64,000 bases of DNA from NCBI RefSeq assembly GCF_058153355.1, contig NZ_CM177019.1; one strand, written 5' to 3'. The notes below the pieces were generated by a model that saw only the letters and a program-made list of their open reading frames with translations, was not told the origin of the DNA and ran no database searches. Positions 24,571 through 37,490 of this stretch are shown one piece after another. The position numbers and the translations under genes were made by a program. The stretch's first letter is position 1; every line of letters begins with the position of its first letter.

Positions 24571-25773
24571 ATGCGCATCCTTCACACCTCAGACTGGCAC
24601 CTCGGCCAGAACTTCTACAGTAAAAGCCGCGAAGCTGAACACCAGGCCTTTCTTGACTGGCTGCTGGAAACAGCGCAAACCCATCAGGTGGATGCGATTA
24701 TTGTTGCCGGTGATGTTTTCGATACCGGATCACCGCCCAGTTACGCCCGCACGTTATACAACCGTTTTGTTGTCAATTTACAGCAAACGGGCTGTCATCT
24801 GGTGGTACTGGCAGGAAACCATGACTCGGTCGCCACGCTGAATGAATCGCGCGATATCATGGCGTTCCTCAATACTACCGTGGTCGCCAGCGCCGGACAT
24901 GCGCCGCAAATCTTGCCTCGTCGCGACGGGACGCCAGGCGCAGTGCTGTGCCCCATTCCTTTTTTACGCCCGCGTGACATTATTACCAGCCAGGCGGGGC
25001 TTAACGGTATTGAAAAACAACAACATTTGCTGGCGGCTATTACCGATTATTACCAACAACATTATGCCGATGCCTGCAAACTGCGCGGCGATCAGCCTCT
25101 GCCCATCATCGCCACGGGGCATTTAACGACCGTTGGTGCCAGCAAAAGTGACGCCGTGCGTGACATTTATATTGGCACGCTGGACGCCTTCCCGGCACAA
25201 AACTTTCCGCCAGCCGACTACATCGCGCTCGGGCATATTCACCGCGCACAGATTATTGGCGGCATGGAACATGTTCGCTATTGCGGTTCCCCCATTCCAC
25301 TGAGTTTTGATGAATGCGGAAAAAGTAAATATGTCCATCTGGTGACATTTTCAAACGGCAAATTAGAGAGCGTGGAAAACCTGAGCGTGCCGATAACGCA
25401 ACCGATGGCGGTACTGAAAGGCGATCTGGCGTCGATTACCGAACAGCTGGAACAGTGGCGCGATGTATCACAGGAACCACCTGTCTGGCTGGATATCGAA
25501 ATCACTACTGATGAGTATCTGCATGATATTCAGCGCAAAATCCAGGCATTAACTGAATCACTGCCTGTCGAAGTATTGCTGGTACGCCGCAGCCGTGAAC
25601 AGCGCGAGCGTGTGTTAGCCAGCCAACAGCGTGAAACCCTCAGCGAACTCAGCGTCGAAGAGGTGTTTAATCGTCGTCTCGCACTGGAAGAACTGGATGA
25701 ATCACAGCAGCAACGTCTGCAACATCTTTTCACCACGACGCTGCAGACCCTCGCCGGAGAACACGAAGCATGA
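24571..25773 (+). CDS. sbcD: Nuclease SbcCD subunit D
   Basis: ORF track 24529..25773; start refined to [27 protein letters not shown]; Mre11-like phosphoesterase motifs; 400 aa. Confidence 0.95.
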   Translation: MRILHTSDWHLGQNFYSKSREAEHQAFLDWLLETAQTHQVDAIIVAGDVFDTGSPPSYARTLYNRFVVNLQQTGCHLVVLAGNHDSVATLNESRDIMAFLNTTVVASAGHAPQILPRRDGTPGAVLCPIPFLRPRDIITSQAGLNGIEKQQHLLAAITDYYQQHYADACKLRGDQPLPIIATGHLTTVGASKSDAVRDIYIGTLDAFPAQNFPPADYIALGHIHRAQIIGGMEHVRYCGSPIPLSFDECGKSKYVHLVTFSNGKLESVENLSVPITQPMAVLKGDLASITEQLEQWRDVSQEPPVWLDIEITTDEYLHDIQRKIQALTESLPVEVLLVRRSREQRERVLASQQRETLSELSVEEVFNRRLALEELDESQQQRLQHLFTTTLQTLAGEHEA

Positions 25774-28700
25774 AAATTCTCAGCCTGCGCCTGAAAAACC
25801 TGAACTCGTTAAAAGGCGAATGGAAGATTGATTTCACCCGCGAGCCGTTCGCCAGCAATGGGCTGTTTGCGATTACCGGCCCAACCGGCGCGGGGAAAAC
25901 CACCCTGCTGGATGCCATTTGCCTGGCGCTGTATCACGAAACTCCGCGCCTTTCTAACGTTTCACAATCGCAAAATGATCTAATGACCCGCGATACCGCC
26001 GAATGTCTGGCGGAAGTGGAGTTTGAAGTCAAAGGTGAAGCGTACCGTGCATTCTGGAGCCAGAATCGGGCGCGTAACCAGCCAGACGGTAATTTGCAGG
26101 TGCCGCGCGTAGAGCTGGCGCGCTGTACCGATGGCAAAATTCTCGCTGACAAAGTGAAAGATAAGCTGGAACTGACGGCGACGTTAACCGGACTGGATTA
26201 TGGGCGTTTCACCCGTTCGATGCTGCTTTCGCAGGGGCAATTTGCTGCCTTCCTGAATGCCAAACCAAAAGAACGCGCGGAATTGCTCGAGGAATTAACC
26301 GGCACCGAAATCTACGGGCAAATCTCTGCGATGGTCTTTGAGCAGCACAAATCGGCCCGCACTGAGCTGGAGAAACTGCAAGCGCAGGCCAGCGGCGTCG
26401 CGTTATTAGCGCCAGAACAAGTGCAATCGCTGACAGAAAGTTTGCAGGTACTCACTGTCGAAGAGAAACAGTTACTCGCCGCGCAGCAGCAAGAACAACA
26501 ATCGTTAAACTGGTTAACGCGTCTGGACGAATTGCAGCAAGAAGCCAGCCGCCGTCAGCAGGCATTGCAACAGGCGTTAGCCGAAGAAGAAAAAGCGCAA
26601 CCTCAACTGGCGGCGCTCAGTCTGGCACAACCGGCGCGAAATCTTCGTCCGCACTGGGAACGCATCGCAGAACACACTGCGGCACTGGCGCATACTCGCC
26701 AGCAGATTGAAGAAGTAAATACTCGCTTACAGCGCACAATGGCGCTTCGTGCGAGCATTCGCCACCACGCGGCGAAGCAGTCTGCAGAATTACATCAGCA
26801 GCAACAAAGCCTGAATGCCTGGTTACAGGAACACGACCGCTTCCGTCAGTGGAACAACGAACTGGCGGGTTGGCGTGCGCAATTCTCTCAACAAACCAGC
26901 GAACGCGAGCATCTGCGGCAGTGGCAGCAACAGTTAACCCATGCAGAGCAAAAACTTAATTCACTTCCGGCGATCTCGTTGACGTTAAGCGCCGATGAAG
27001 TTGCTAGCGCCCAGGCGCAACATGCTGAGCAACGCACGCTGCGTCAGCGCCTGGTCGCGCTGCATGGGCAGATTGTTCCCCAACAAAAACGCCTGGCGCA
27101 ATTACAGGTTGCTATCCAGAATGTCACGCAGGAACAGACGCAACGTAACGCCGCACTTAACGAAATGCGCCAGCGTTATAAAGAAAAAACGCAACAACTT
27201 GCCGATGTGAAAACCATTTGCGAGCAGGAAGCTCGTATCAAAACGCTGGAAGTTCAACGTGCGCAGTTACAGGCGGGTCAGCCTTGCCCACTTTGTGGTT
27301 CCACCAACCACCCGGCAGTAGAGGCGTATCAGGCACTGGAACCGGGTGTTAATCAGGCCCGCTTACTGACGCTTGAAAACGAAGTGAAAAAGCTCGGGGA
27401 GGAAGGCGCGGCGCTGCGCGGGCAACTGGATGCATTAACGAAGCAGCTTCAGCGCGATGAGAACGAAGCGCAAAGCCTCCGACAAGATGAGCAAGCACTT
27501 ACTCAACAGTGGCGAGCTGTCACAGCCAGCCTCAATATCACCTTGCAGCCACAGGACGACATTCAACCGTGGCTGGATGCACAAGATGAACATGAACGCC
27601 AGTTGCGGTTACTCAGCCAACGACATGAATTACAAGGGCAGATTGCTGCGCATAATCAACAAATTATCCAGTATCAACAGCAAATTGAACAACGCCAGCA
27701 GCAACTCTCTGCGGCATTAGCGAGTTACGCGCTGGCATTGCCACAGGAAAATGAAGAAGAGAGCTGGTTAGCGACACGTCAGCAAGAAGCGCAGAGCTGG
27801 CAACAGCGTCAGAACGAATTAACCACGCTGCAAAACCGTATTCAGCAACTGACGCCGATTCTGGATACGTTACCGCAAGGTGATGAGTTACCGCACAGCG
27901 AAGAAACAGTGGCACTGGAAAACTGGCGGCAAATTCATGAACAATGTCTCGCGTTACAAAGCCAGCAGCAAACGTTGCAGCAGCAAGGCGTTCTGGCGAC
28001 ACAAAGTCTGCAAAAAGCCCAGGCGCAGTTTGACACCGCGCTACAGGCCAGCGTCTTTGACGATCAGCAGGCGTTCCTTGCAGCACTGATGGATGAACAA
28101 ACACTAACGCAACTGGAACAGCTCAAACAGAATCTGGAAAACCAGCGCCGTCAGGCGCAAACGTTGACCGCTCAGACAGCAGAAACGCTGGCACAGCATC
28201 AGCAACACCGACCTGACGGCCTGGATCTCAGTGTGACGGTGGAGCAGATTCAGCAAGAGTTAGCGCAAACTCACCAAAAGTTGCGTGAAAACACCACCAG
28301 TCAGGGCGAGATTCGTCAACAGCTGAAACAGGATGCGGAAAACCGTCAGCAACAACAAACCTTAATGCAGCAAATTGCTCAAATGACGCAGCAGGTTGAG
28401 GACTGGGGATATCTGAATTCGCTAATAGGTTCCAAAGAGGGCGATAAATTCCGTAAGTTCGCCCAAGGGCTGACGCTGGATAATTTAGTCCATCTCGCTA
28501 ATCAGCAACTTACCCGGTTACACGGGCGCTATCTGTTACAGCGCAAAGCCAGCGAGGCGCTGGAAGTCGAGGTTGTTGATACCTGGCAGGCAGATGCGGT
28601 ACGCGATACCCGTACCCTTTCCGGTGGCGAGAGTTTCCTCGTCAGTCTGGCGCTGGCGCTGGCGCTTTCGGATCTGGTCAGCCATAAAACGCGTATTGAC

Positions 28701-28913
28701 TCGCTGTTCCTTGATGAAGGTTTTGGCACGCTGGATAGCGAAACGCTGGATACCGCCCTTGATGCGCTGGATGCCCTGAACGCCAGCGGCAAAACCATCG
28801 GTGTGATTAGCCACGTTGAAGCGATGAAAGAGCGTATTCCGGTGCAGATCAAAGTGAAGAAGATCAACGGACTAGGCTACAGCAAGCTGGAAAATGCATT
28901 TGCAGTGAAATAA
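25770..28913 (+). CDS. sbcC: Nuclease SbcCD subunit C (SMC-like ATPase)
   Basis: 1047-aa ORF; Walker A (GPTGAGKTT), long Q-rich coiled coil, zinc hook CPLCGS, C-terminal signature ([18 protein letters not shown]); ATGA overlap with sbcD. Confidence 0.95.
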   Translation: MKILSLRLKNLNSLKGEWKIDFTREPFASNGLFAITGPTGAGKTTLLDAICLALYHETPRLSNVSQSQNDLMTRDTAECLAEVEFEVKGEAYRAFWSQNRARNQPDGNLQVPRVELARCTDGKILADKVKDKLELTATLTGLDYGRFTRSMLLSQGQFAAFLNAKPKERAELLEELTGTEIYGQISAMVFEQHKSARTELEKLQAQASGVALLAPEQVQSLTESLQVLTVEEKQLLAAQQQEQQSLNWLTRLDELQQEASRRQQALQQALAEEEKAQPQLAALSLAQPARNLRPHWERIAEHTAALAHTRQQIEEVNTRLQRTMALRASIRHHAAKQSAELHQQQQSLNAWLQEHDRFRQWNNELAGWRAQFSQQTSEREHLRQWQQQLTHAEQKLNSLPAISLTLSADEVASAQAQHAEQRTLRQRLVALHGQIVPQQKRLAQLQVAIQNVTQEQTQRNAALNEMRQRYKEKTQQLADVKTICEQEARIKTLEVQRAQLQAGQPCPLCGSTNHPAVEAYQALEPGVNQARLLTLENEVKKLGEEGAALRGQLDALTKQLQRDENEAQSLRQDEQALTQQWRAVTASLNITLQPQDDIQPWLDAQDEHERQLRLLSQRHELQGQIAAHNQQIIQYQQQIEQRQQQLSAALASYALALPQENEEESWLATRQQEAQSWQQRQNELTTLQNRIQQLTPILDTLPQGDELPHSEETVALENWRQIHEQCLALQSQQQTLQQQGVLATQSLQKAQAQFDTALQASVFDDQQAFLAALMDEQTLTQLEQLKQNLENQRRQAQTLTAQTAETLAQHQQHRPDGLDLSVTVEQIQQELAQTHQKLRENTTSQGEIRQQLKQDAENRQQQQTLMQQIAQMTQQVEDWGYLNSLIGSKEGDKFRKFAQGLTLDNLVHLANQQLTRLHGRYLLQRKASEALEVEVVDTWQADAVRDTRTLSGGESFLVSLALALALSDLVSHKTRIDSLFLDEGFGTLDSETLDTALDALDALNASGKTIGVISHVEAMKERIPVQIKVKKINGLGYSKLENAFAVK

Positions 28914-29038
28914 CTATTCAGCAGGATAATGAATACAGAGGGGCGAATTATCTCTTGGCCTCACTGGTCGTTATCCTGCAAGCTATCACTTTATTGGCTA
29001 CGGTGATTGGTAGCCGTTCTGGTGGTTGTGATGGTGGT

Positions 29039-30223
29039 ATGAAAAAAGTTATTTTATCTTTGGCTCTGGGCACGTTTGGTTTGGGAATGGCCGAATTTGG
29101 CATTATGGGCGTGCTTACGGAGCTGGCACATAACGTAGGTATTTCGATTCCTGCCGCCGGGCATATGATCTCGTATTATGCGCTGGGGGTGGTGGTCGGT
29201 GCACCAATCATCGCACTCTTTTCCAGCCGCTACTCGCTCAAACATATCTTGTTGTTTCTGGTGGCGTTGTGCGTTATTGGCAATGCCATGTTCACGCTCT
29301 CTTCGTCTTACCTGATGCTCGCCCTTGGTCGTCTGGTATCCGGTTTTCCGCATGGCGCTTTTTTTGGCGTCGGGGCGATTGTGTTATCGAAAATTATCAA
29401 ACCCGGCAAAGTCACCGCCGCCGTGGCGGGGATGGTTTCGGGGATGACAGTTGCCAATTTGCTGGGCATTCCGCTGGGGACGTATTTAAGTCAGGAGTTT
29501 AGCTGGCGTTACACCTTTTTATTGATCTCTGTGTTTAATATCGCGGTGATGGCATCGGTCTATTTTTGGGTGCCGGATATTCGCGACGAGGCGAAAGGAA
29601 AGCTGCGCGAACAATTTCACTTTTTGCGCAGCCCGGCCCCGTGGTTAATTTTCGCTGCCACGATGTTTGGCAACGCGGGTGTATTTGCCTGGTTCAGCTA
29701 CGTAAAGCCATACATGATGTTTATTTCCGGTTTTTCGGAAACGGCGATGACCTTTATTATGATGTTAGTTGGGCTGGGGATGGTGTTGGGGAATGTGCTA
29801 AGTGGCCGGATTTCAGGACGTTATTCACCACTACGCATTGCGGCAGTGACTGATTTCATTATTGTGCTGGCATTGCTGATGCTCTTTTTCTTCGGCGGCA
29901 TGAAAACAACGTCGCTTATTTTTGCTTTTATTTGTTGCGCGGGATTATTTGCCCTCTCTGCACCGCTGCAAATATTGTTACTGCAAAATGCCAAAGGTGG
30001 AGAATTATTAGGTGCCGCAGGTGGGCAAATAGCGTTTAACCTCGGTAGCGCCGTCGGCGCATATTGCGGAGGTATGATGCTGACGCTGGGGCTGACTTAT
30101 AATTACGTGGCGCTGCCTGCCGCCCTGCTCTCGTTTGCTGCGATGTCGTCGTTGCTGCTGTATGGTCGCTATAAGCGCCAGCAAGCGGCGGATAGTCCGA
30201 TGCTGGCGAAACCACTGGGATAG
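29039..30223 (+). CDS. araJ: MFS transporter AraJ
   Basis: ORF track 28955..30223; start refined to MKKVILSLALGTFGLGMAEFGIMGVLTELAH; 394 aa. Confidence 0.85.
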   Translation: MKKVILSLALGTFGLGMAEFGIMGVLTELAHNVGISIPAAGHMISYYALGVVVGAPIIALFSSRYSLKHILLFLVALCVIGNAMFTLSSSYLMLALGRLVSGFPHGAFFGVGAIVLSKIIKPGKVTAAVAGMVSGMTVANLLGIPLGTYLSQEFSWRYTFLLISVFNIAVMASVYFWVPDIRDEAKGKLREQFHFLRSPAPWLIFAATMFGNAGVFAWFSYVKPYMMFISGFSETAMTFIMMLVGLGMVLGNVLSGRISGRYSPLRIAAVTDFIIVLALLMLFFFGGMKTTSLIFAFICCAGLFALSAPLQILLLQNAKGGELLGAAGGQIAFNLGSAVGAYCGGMMLTLGLTYNYVALPAALLSFAAMSSLLLYGRYKRQQAADSPMLAKPLG

Positions 30224-30243
30224 GTTGCAGTCACTGCTTGTTG

Positions 30244-30330
30244 TCGGATGCGGCGCGAGCGTCTTATCCGACCTACGCGGGCTGCTCATTTTGTAGGCCT
30301 GATAAGACGCGGCAAGCGTCGCATCAGGCA
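30244..30330. repeat. REP elements downstream of araJ
   Basis: GTCGGATGCGGCG...CTTATCCGACCTAC and TAGGCCTGATAAGACGCG...CGCATCAGGC motifs. Confidence 0.7.
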
Positions 30331-30354
30331 TGATGCACCAATTGCCTGGTTTTT

Positions 30355-31263
30355 TTACTCTTGTGGCCATAACCACGCAGCGCCGCGTACGCCGCTGGAA
30401 TCACCATGTTTCGCCTTACGCACCGGCGTTTCACATTCGCCGCCGAAGACAAATTGTTTAATCAACTGCGGAACCGTTTGATATAAACGATCTACATTGC
30501 TCATCCCGCCCCCCAACACAATCACATCCGGATCGAGAATATTCACGACATGTGCCAGCGATTTTGCCAGCCGCAGCTCGTAACGACGCAATGCCAACTC
30601 CGCTACCGGATCGCTTTCTTCAACAAGGCGGATAATTTCACTACCTTTCAGCGCATGTCCGCTCAAACGATGATAATCCGTCGCAAATCCCGTACCCGAA
30701 ATAAAGGTTTCAATGCAGCCTTGTTTGCCGCAATAACAAGGGACTTCCTCGCGATAACGCAGTTCATCTTCGTCCATCCACGGTAGCGGATTGTGTCCCC
30801 ACTCGCCTGCCGTGCCATTGCCGCCGATATGCGCTCGACCATTGAACGCTACGCCCGCGCCGCATCCCGTGCCGATAATCACGGCAAATACCGTCTGCGC
30901 TCCCGCAGCTGCGCCATCTACCGCTTCCGAGACCGCCAGACAGTTGGCGTCATTTGCCAACCGCACTTCCCGTTGCAACCGCGCGCTTAAATCTTTATCA
31001 AATGGCTGACCGTTAAGCCAGGTTGAATTGGCATTTTTCACCACGCCAGTGTAAGGCGAAATCGAGCCTGGAATGCCCATGCCTACCGTTCCGCGCTGCC
31101 CTGTCGCCTGCTCCGCCATATCAACCAACGTGGCGATCGTTTCGATGGTCTGATGGTAATCATCACGCGGCGTGGGCAGACGATGACGATACAACTGCTC
31201 CCCTGCATCGCCCAGTGCAATCACTTCAGTTTTAGTGCCGCCTAAATCGATACCTATACGCAC
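30355..31263 (-). CDS. mak: Fructokinase (manno(fructo)kinase), ROK family
   Basis: ORF track 30355..31401; start refined to GTG giving [23 protein letters not shown]...; ROK motifs; about 302 aa. Confidence 0.85.
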   Translation of the reverse strand: MRIGIDLGGTKTEVIALGDAGEQLYRHRLPTPRDDYHQTIETIATLVDMAEQATGQRGTVGMGIPGSISPYTGVVKNANSTWLNGQPFDKDLSARLQREVRLANDANCLAVSEAVDGAAAGAQTVFAVIIGTGCGAGVAFNGRAHIGGNGTAGEWGHNPLPWMDEDELRYREEVPCYCGKQGCIETFISGTGFATDYHRLSGHALKGSEIIRLVEESDPVAELALRRYELRLAKSLAHVVNILDPDVIVLGGGMSNVDRLYQTVPQLIKQFVFGGECETPVRKAKHGDSSGVRGAAWLWPQE

Positions 31264-31387
31264 GGTACTCTCCTTATTTTTTTCAATATCAATAGCGTAG
31301 AGACGGACAACCGGATTGGCAATGCAAGGCCGCCGACAATTCGTTATCATGCCCGCTAAATTTAACGACAAGGCCGTGGAAATTATC

Positions 31388-32299
31388 ATGCTGTGGTTCA
31401 AAAATTTAATGGTTTACCGTCTTAGCCGCGAGATTTCGCTGCGTGCAGAAGAGATGGAAAAACAGCTAGCCTCGATGGCATTTACCCCATGCGGCAGCCA
31501 GGACATGGCGAAGATGGGCTGGGTTCCTCCGATGGGATCGCACAGCGATGCGTTAACGCACGTTGCCAATGGTCAAATTGTTATCTGCGCACGCAAAGAA
31601 GAAAAAATCCTCCCGTCTCCGGTGATTAAACAGGCGCTGGAAGCAAAAATCGCCAAGCTGGAAGCGGAACAGGCGCGCAAGCTGAAGAAAACCGAAAAAG
31701 ATTCGCTGAAAGATGAAGTGCTGCACTCTCTTCTGCCGCGCGCTTTCAGCCGTTTCAGCCAAACCATGATGTGGATCGACACGGTAAACGGTTTGATTAT
31801 GGTGGACTGCGCCAGTGCCAAAAAAGCAGAAGATACGCTGGCATTACTGCGTAAAAGCCTGGGGTCGTTACCGGTTGTACCATTGAGCATGGAAAACCCG
31901 ATTGAACTGACGCTGACCGAATGGGTACGCTCTGGTAGTGCGGCACAAGGCTTCCAGCTGCTTGATGAAGCCGAACTGAAATCGTTGCTGGAAGATGGCG
32001 GCGTGATCCGCGCGAAGAAACAAGATTTGACCAGCGAAGAAATCACCAACCACATTGAAGCAGGAAAAGTGGTGACTAAACTGGCGCTCGACTGGCAGCA
32101 GCGCATTCAGTTTGTGATGTGCGACGATGGTTCACTCAAGCGTCTGAAGTTCTGCGACGAGCTGCGCGATCAAAACGAAGATATCGACCGTGAAGATTTT
32201 GCCCAACGTTTTGATGCCGATTTCATCCTGATGACCGGTGAACTGGCAGCATTAATCCAAAACCTGATCGAAGGATTAGGTGGCGAAGCACAACGTTAA
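31388..32299 (+). CDS. rdgC: Recombination-associated protein RdgC
   Basis: ORF track 31316..32299 (TTG-initiated frame); start refined to [31 protein letters not shown]...; 303 aa. Confidence 0.9.
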
Positions 32300-32318
32300 T
32301 TGCTGATTTGCCTTTAAT

Positions 32319-32353
32319 GCCGGATGCGACGCCTGCGGCGTCTTATCCGGCGT
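32319..32353. repeat. REP element downstream of rdgC
   Basis: GCCGGATGCGACGCCTGCGGCGTCTTATCCGGC palindromic unit. Confidence 0.7.
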
Positions 32354-32376
32354 ACGAATCCACACCAGGCATATAA

Positions 32377-32832
32377 TCATTCGCTACGGCGGGCAATAAT
32401 TTTTAGCGCAGCAATATTATGCGTTTTACGCCGTAACTGATCCAACCGTCTCATCCCTATTCGCCTGTCAGCGGCACGCAGAATATTCACTAACCCCCAT
32501 TTATCGCTGGTAAATTGTTTCGTTAACAGCTCCGCTTTTGGGGTATCAATATATTCACGCAATAAATCAGAAATTGAACAAATATCCGTCAGATAAGGAT
32601 ACCAGCAAGTTTCACCATGAAAATTACGCACTCCACCATTGCCTGCCATAAAGTCTTTTGGGTAATCCCAGATTACGTCTTTATCCAACGTGATCCAATA
32701 ACGTGGTAAATCGGTGCTTCCACCATTTTGGCTGCGCATGGGATAACGGGTACAGTGAATTTGCAGGTTGATCGTTGGCGTCAGTAAGTCATAAATCTCC
32801 CTCTGTAACTTGCTCCAGGGGCGTTGTGTCAT
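32377..32832 (-). CDS. Hypothetical protein (151 aa), downstream partner in a two-gene accessory module
   Basis: ORF track; start overlaps the stop of the upstream 762-aa ORF by 4 bp (translational coupling); no signal peptide; not recognised. Confidence 0.65.
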   Translation of the reverse strand: MTQRPWSKLQREIYDLLTPTINLQIHCTRYPMRSQNGGSTDLPRYWITLDKDVIWDYPKDFMAGNGGVRNFHGETCWYPYLTDICSISDLLREYIDTPKAELLTKQFTSDKWGLVNILRAADRRIGMRRLDQLRRKTHNIAALKIIARRSE

Positions 32833-35117
32833 TGTTTTTCCTCAAGCCGGTTACGCGCTTCACTGCGAATTTGCCGCGTTGCCCCGGTTTTCACTAAATC
32901 ACGTAACTGCGAAAGATCGGGCTGATCGACAAATAAGATTAATGATGGATCCTCTTTTAACCACGCCGTTTTCACATCGGCAGCCAACTGTGGATTATTA
33001 ATAGCCAGCGCCCGATCCTGTGACTCAGTCAATGTCGTTAACAAAGAGGCTGGGGTATGTACATTGCGCAACGCCGTCTGCCGCAAATGATCATTGTGAC
33101 TTTTCAGCAATCCGCACCACCATTCATCATCTGATTTATCTTTTATCGTATCCAGCTCCGCAAAAATATCGCTTTCCTCATGATTCCAGCGGAGTAATCC
33201 TCTTTCACTTTGTCTACGGGTGCTATTTTTCATACTGACAACAGACAACGCCCAGTCGGAGTTAAAACGATACTGTTGATCGAGTTTGTTGATAATTCCG
33301 GAGGGTAAATCTTCATTATCAAATAGCTGGTTTCGCATCCGATAGCGGTATTCAGCAGGTAAATAAACCAGTAAATCGATGGCATTATTAAACATCTCTT
33401 CGTCAATAATACCATTATCAATCAGCGCCAGCTGTACTTCGTAGGCTTGCTCTTGATCTTCTTGCCGTTTACTCATCATTAATTTTAAGGTGTGTTGCCA
33501 TAATTGTTTCTTATACTCCAGAGGTAATAATTTATCGCGTGCCAGCTCATACCAGATGCTGGGAATGTCATGCTGATTCAGTAGATAACTAATCACTTCC
33601 TTCGAGGTCAGATAACGCATGCCGTCACGTAAGTTGTGCACATCTTCTTTTGCCAAAGTCAGTTGACGCGACTCCGGCAAAGCGACCAATAACGCCTTCA
33701 CGATATTTTTATTTTCTTTATTATCCAGATACATTTGTTCTGCGATACGTTCAACATCCTCTGTACTCAGGGTCGCTGACAGTTGGGTGATTTTTAGTTC
33801 AGTAAGCGTCCGGGCTAATGCTTGACGAACTTTCAGCGATTTATCTTTACTCAACAACACCGCTTGTTGTGCGGTTAAATCGGCTCCGGTAATTCTTTCG
33901 CGTAACTCCGGATCTTCGCTATTTATCAATTCATCAACCACTGCAGTTGGAACCAGCCAGGCGTAATCGTAATGGCTGATTAATGTCTTGCGCACACTGA
34001 GAAAAGGGCTTTGACTTAACGACACAACAATATCAGGAGAAAGATTATCCTGTCTGGCCTGCTCCAGCTGTATGCTCTCGACGGGTACAGACATTAATTT
34101 TTTATTCACTTCGGCGGATATATTGCTGTTTTTAACCAGTCCTCTGGCAACAGCTTCATCTTTAATTAATTCATCGGTAAGCAAATGCATGTGTTGAGCA
34201 GGCCAGGACTGCGCCATTGATTCACGCGTCTGGTCATCAGGGTGCTGTAACAATTGCAGCATAACAGCGGGTGACAAACGCTCTATATGTGTCAGAAAAC
34301 GTGCCATCAGTGGATCTTCATGCTTTATTTTATCCGCAGGGAAATTGTCGAGTTTACCCGCTTCAATCCACTGTAATTTCTCATTAATTTTAGAATCAGC
34401 TTTATCTCGAAAAACAGGTAACCCCTGAATTATATTATCTGCGACGCTATCATAGTCAGGATACGCATTAAAAATATTATCAGTTTCGATTTCAGTATGA
34501 TCGTAAAAGTCGGGATTCACCAGTGAATAGGCTTTCTTAATATTCTCATCCCAGCTATATCCTTCACCACTTGCATCTTCATTGATATAAAATTCAGCTT
34601 TGATGGACTCAAATTGCGTTGCTTTATCGGAAACAATAATTCCTCGTGCGCTAATTCCCTTCATCACTTCAAAATTATGATCATTATAATCAGCATAAAC
34701 TAAACCTTTTGCTGTCATCTGCCCTTTGACATACGCGAAATCATGATTAATAAAGTTATCGACAATAACATTACCTAGTACAATCAGATGACCATTACCT
34801 GACAGATAATCATCATAATCGCCGGAAATCGTTAAATTACCGTTCACCACCAGTTTATGCTGATTGCTGAAGTTAGTGGGTAATGATAGGTCACCATTAT
34901 GATAATACCAGCGGATATTATCTTTTAGCATATAAGCAGCTTCCATACTATCGTTGGTTGCCGCTTTAACCACGTTGCGCTCATCTGCCGTCATAAGATG
35001 AAAGTCAGAGGTGATAAGGTCCTCGCTACTGATCCACTCTGTGGCACATGCATTGCCAGTCATAAAAAATACGACCATACAGATGACCAATATATTAATT
35101 CTATTCATAATCTTCAC
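32829..35117 (-). CDS. Hypothetical exported protein (762 aa) with N-terminal signal peptide
   Basis: ORF track; N-terminus [25 protein letters not shown] is a Sec-type signal peptide with an A-x-A site; N-terminal Asn/Gly/Asp-rich region followed by a long helical region; not recognised; no such genes recalled between rdgC and ppnP in K-12. Confidence 0.7.
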   Translation of the reverse strand: MKIMNRINILVICMVVFFMTGNACATEWISSEDLITSDFHLMTADERNVVKAATNDSMEAAYMLKDNIRWYYHNGDLSLPTNFSNQHKLVVNGNLTISGDYDDYLSGNGHLIVLGNVIVDNFINHDFAYVKGQMTAKGLVYADYNDHNFEVMKGISARGIIVSDKATQFESIKAEFYINEDASGEGYSWDENIKKAYSLVNPDFYDHTEIETDNIFNAYPDYDSVADNIIQGLPVFRDKADSKINEKLQWIEAGKLDNFPADKIKHEDPLMARFLTHIERLSPAVMLQLLQHPDDQTRESMAQSWPAQHMHLLTDELIKDEAVARGLVKNSNISAEVNKKLMSVPVESIQLEQARQDNLSPDIVVSLSQSPFLSVRKTLISHYDYAWLVPTAVVDELINSEDPELRERITGADLTAQQAVLLSKDKSLKVRQALARTLTELKITQLSATLSTEDVERIAEQMYLDNKENKNIVKALLVALPESRQLTLAKEDVHNLRDGMRYLTSKEVISYLLNQHDIPSIWYELARDKLLPLEYKKQLWQHTLKLMMSKRQEDQEQAYEVQLALIDNGIIDEEMFNNAIDLLVYLPAEYRYRMRNQLFDNEDLPSGIINKLDQQYRFNSDWALSVVSMKNSTRRQSERGLLRWNHEESDIFAELDTIKDKSDDEWWCGLLKSHNDHLRQTALRNVHTPASLLTTLTESQDRALAINNPQLAADVKTAWLKEDPSLILFVDQPDLSQLRDLVKTGATRQIRSEARNRLEEKQ

Positions 35118-35290
35118 TGATATTTATATCAACCTTGATGAATTATGAATATATCGGAAATCGAAAAAATCGCAGCAAAGGAAATATTATTATGGGTTAA
35201 AGAGAGGATATTTCAGAAAAATGCCCTCCCGTTCATGGGGAAGGCGAGGAATTACAGATAGCGGCACAGATAAGAGGTGGGTTCGGCAAC

Positions 35291-35536
35291 TTACAGATGA
35301 AACTCGCTGTGACCGGGAACATTAAACACCGAACCGGCTTCATACACTTGCCAGTCGGTCGCGTCAGGCAGTAACACATTCAGCGCACCACTGATTACCG
35401 TCATCTCTTCAGGCTCAGCGGTGCTGAAGGTGTATTCGCCTTCAACCATAACACCCACGCTGGCGCGGCCAGTGCTACTGCTGGAAAAGCCGATCGATTT
35501 CACTTTGCCGGAAAAGTACTCATTACTTTGAAGCAT
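35291..35536 (-). CDS. ppnP: Pyrimidine/purine nucleoside phosphorylase PpnP (YaiE), truncated by an in-frame TAA at codon 82
   Basis: 81-aa ORF ([37 protein letters not shown]...GHSEFHL*); the same frame continues after the TAA as VAEPTSYLCRYL*, which is the C-terminus I recall for the 94-aa protein. Confidence 0.8.
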
Positions 35537-35607
35537 AAACTGGCCCTGTCTGGTAGTTGAACATCTACTTCACTATAGGGGCCAGAGGCGCTGGCTGTCA
35601 CGCAAAA

Positions 35608-36285
35608 TTACACCAGCAATTCCGCAGCTAGCCGTGCAATCAATACGTTAGAGAGCAAGACAGGAACATCGAGCTGTTTTTGCAGTAAATCGCGATGACG
35701 CTGGTTAAATCCCAAACAATCCAGCATGATGACATCTGCGCCTTTTGCCAGTAATTCTTTCCCGGCATCAATGATTTTTTGTTCCGAATCATGAATGGGG
35801 TTACCCAATGAAAATACTGGCGGTTTCTGCAAAATTTGCCATTTTTGCGCCTGAACGGTCAGTAGCTCTTCAACCGGTACGATAACCCCCACCTGATGAT
35901 CTTCAATAATAGAGGAAACCAGCGGTGGCAATATTCGCAACGGCTCAAGAAAGATCGTATTACGCTCAGTCATACTCCTAATGTTTGCTGTACTCATTAA
36001 TATAATGACGTCGTAGCCCTGATTATCGAGCACTTCAACCACACCTTGCAGGTCTCGCTCCACTTTGCGACGCGAAACATGGGCCAGTTGGTTGTCATTT
36101 AATAATGTGAGAATTGTGTCTTCGCCTGCTTCTGGCGCGTACTCTGCCATCACTTCTTCACGGCTTAACTTTCCCAGCAGGCTATGATGGGAAATATTAT
36201 CTTCGTCAATGTATTCTGTCAGGAGCGGCAAAACTTCCTGCATAGGTACAATGCCGATGGTCAGAATCGCCAACGACGCACTCAT
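35608..36285 (-). CDS. aroM: Protein AroM
   Basis: 225-aa ORF ([34 protein letters not shown]...); aroL-yaiA-aroM order. Confidence 0.85.
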   Translation of the reverse strand: MSASLAILTIGIVPMQEVLPLLTEYIDEDNISHHSLLGKLSREEVMAEYAPEAGEDTILTLLNDNQLAHVSRRKVERDLQGVVEVLDNQGYDVIILMSTANIRSMTERNTIFLEPLRILPPLVSSIIEDHQVGVIVPVEELLTVQAQKWQILQKPPVFSLGNPIHDSEQKIIDAGKELLAKGADVIMLDCLGFNQRHRDLLQKQLDVPVLLSNVLIARLAAELLV

Positions 36286-36542
36286 TGTTCTTCCACCTTA
36301 CTTTTATTTCGTCGTTAATTACCGGGCAAGTGTTAAGCACCACTGCTGACACTTACTTGTGCTACAAATGACAAAAAGCGTAGCAGCAGACCTGCTCGGC
36401 ATAATGTAAAGATTCCAAATGATTCCAGTAATGGATTGTTATTGTTTAATATTCTAATTATTTGAAAAACATGAATTGTGAAAAATGTGACGCAGATCCC
36501 TTGTGGTGGCACTCAGAATCCCTTCCGAGCAGTCTGATGCGG

Positions 36543-36743
<201 letters not shown>

Positions 36744-36783
36744 TTATTTCACGGGATGAACGTTAAGTATAGGCGCTCGAAAA

Positions 36784-37308
36784 TCAACAATTGATCGTCT
36801 GTGCCAGGGCGCTGCGAATTTCAGAAATCACCTGGCTGGGTTCGTTTGTTGCGTCGATGATAATATGCGCAACTTCGCGATATAGCGCATCGCGTTCTTC
36901 CAGCACTTCCTGAACTTCTTCGCTCAGCGGTTTCCCCGTTAAGGTTGGCCGTAAATCTTCTTCCGGTGCAGCTTGCAGTCGGTTAACCAGGACTGATACT
37001 GGCGCACACAAATAAACCACGATCCCGTTATTTTGCATAAAGTGACGATTAAATTCCGTCAGGATAATGCCGCCGCCCGTGGCGATAACGGTGGATGGCG
37101 CAGTTACCGCTTCCAACGCCGCCGTTTCTCTGGCGCGGAATCCCGCCCACTCTTCCCTTTCGACGATCTCCGCGACCGTCATATTGAGCTGTGATTGCAA
37201 CCACTGGTCGGTATCGACAAACCGACGGTTAAGTGAATCGGCAAGGGCCATTCCGACCGTTGTTTTACCACAGCCCCGAGGCCCGATCAGAAAAAGAGGT
37301 TGTGTCAT
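36784..37308 (-). CDS. aroL: Shikimate kinase II
   Basis: 174-aa ORF with Walker A ([11 protein letters not shown]); recognised AroL. Confidence 0.95.
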
Positions 37309-37461
37309 CGTGGGTTTTCCCCAATAGGTCGCAATGCGGCGAAAGCCGGTGTCATGAGAATAGCGATCATACCATCAAACTAGTACAATTTCGATTGTAA
37401 AGAAAAAATTCCACTTAAAGTGAAAATTTTAATACATCCCTTACTATACCAATAAATTTTC

Positions 37462-37479
37462 AAGAATGAAGTGTAAATA
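37462..37479. promoter_or_regulatory. Candidate TyrR box in the aroL promoter region
   Basis: TGTAAATAATAAATTACA matches the TyrR box pattern TGTAAA-N6-TTTACA; an ACTAGT core (possible TrpR site) lies about 90 bp away at roughly 37378. Confidence 0.5.
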
Positions 37480-37490
37480 ATAAATTACAT

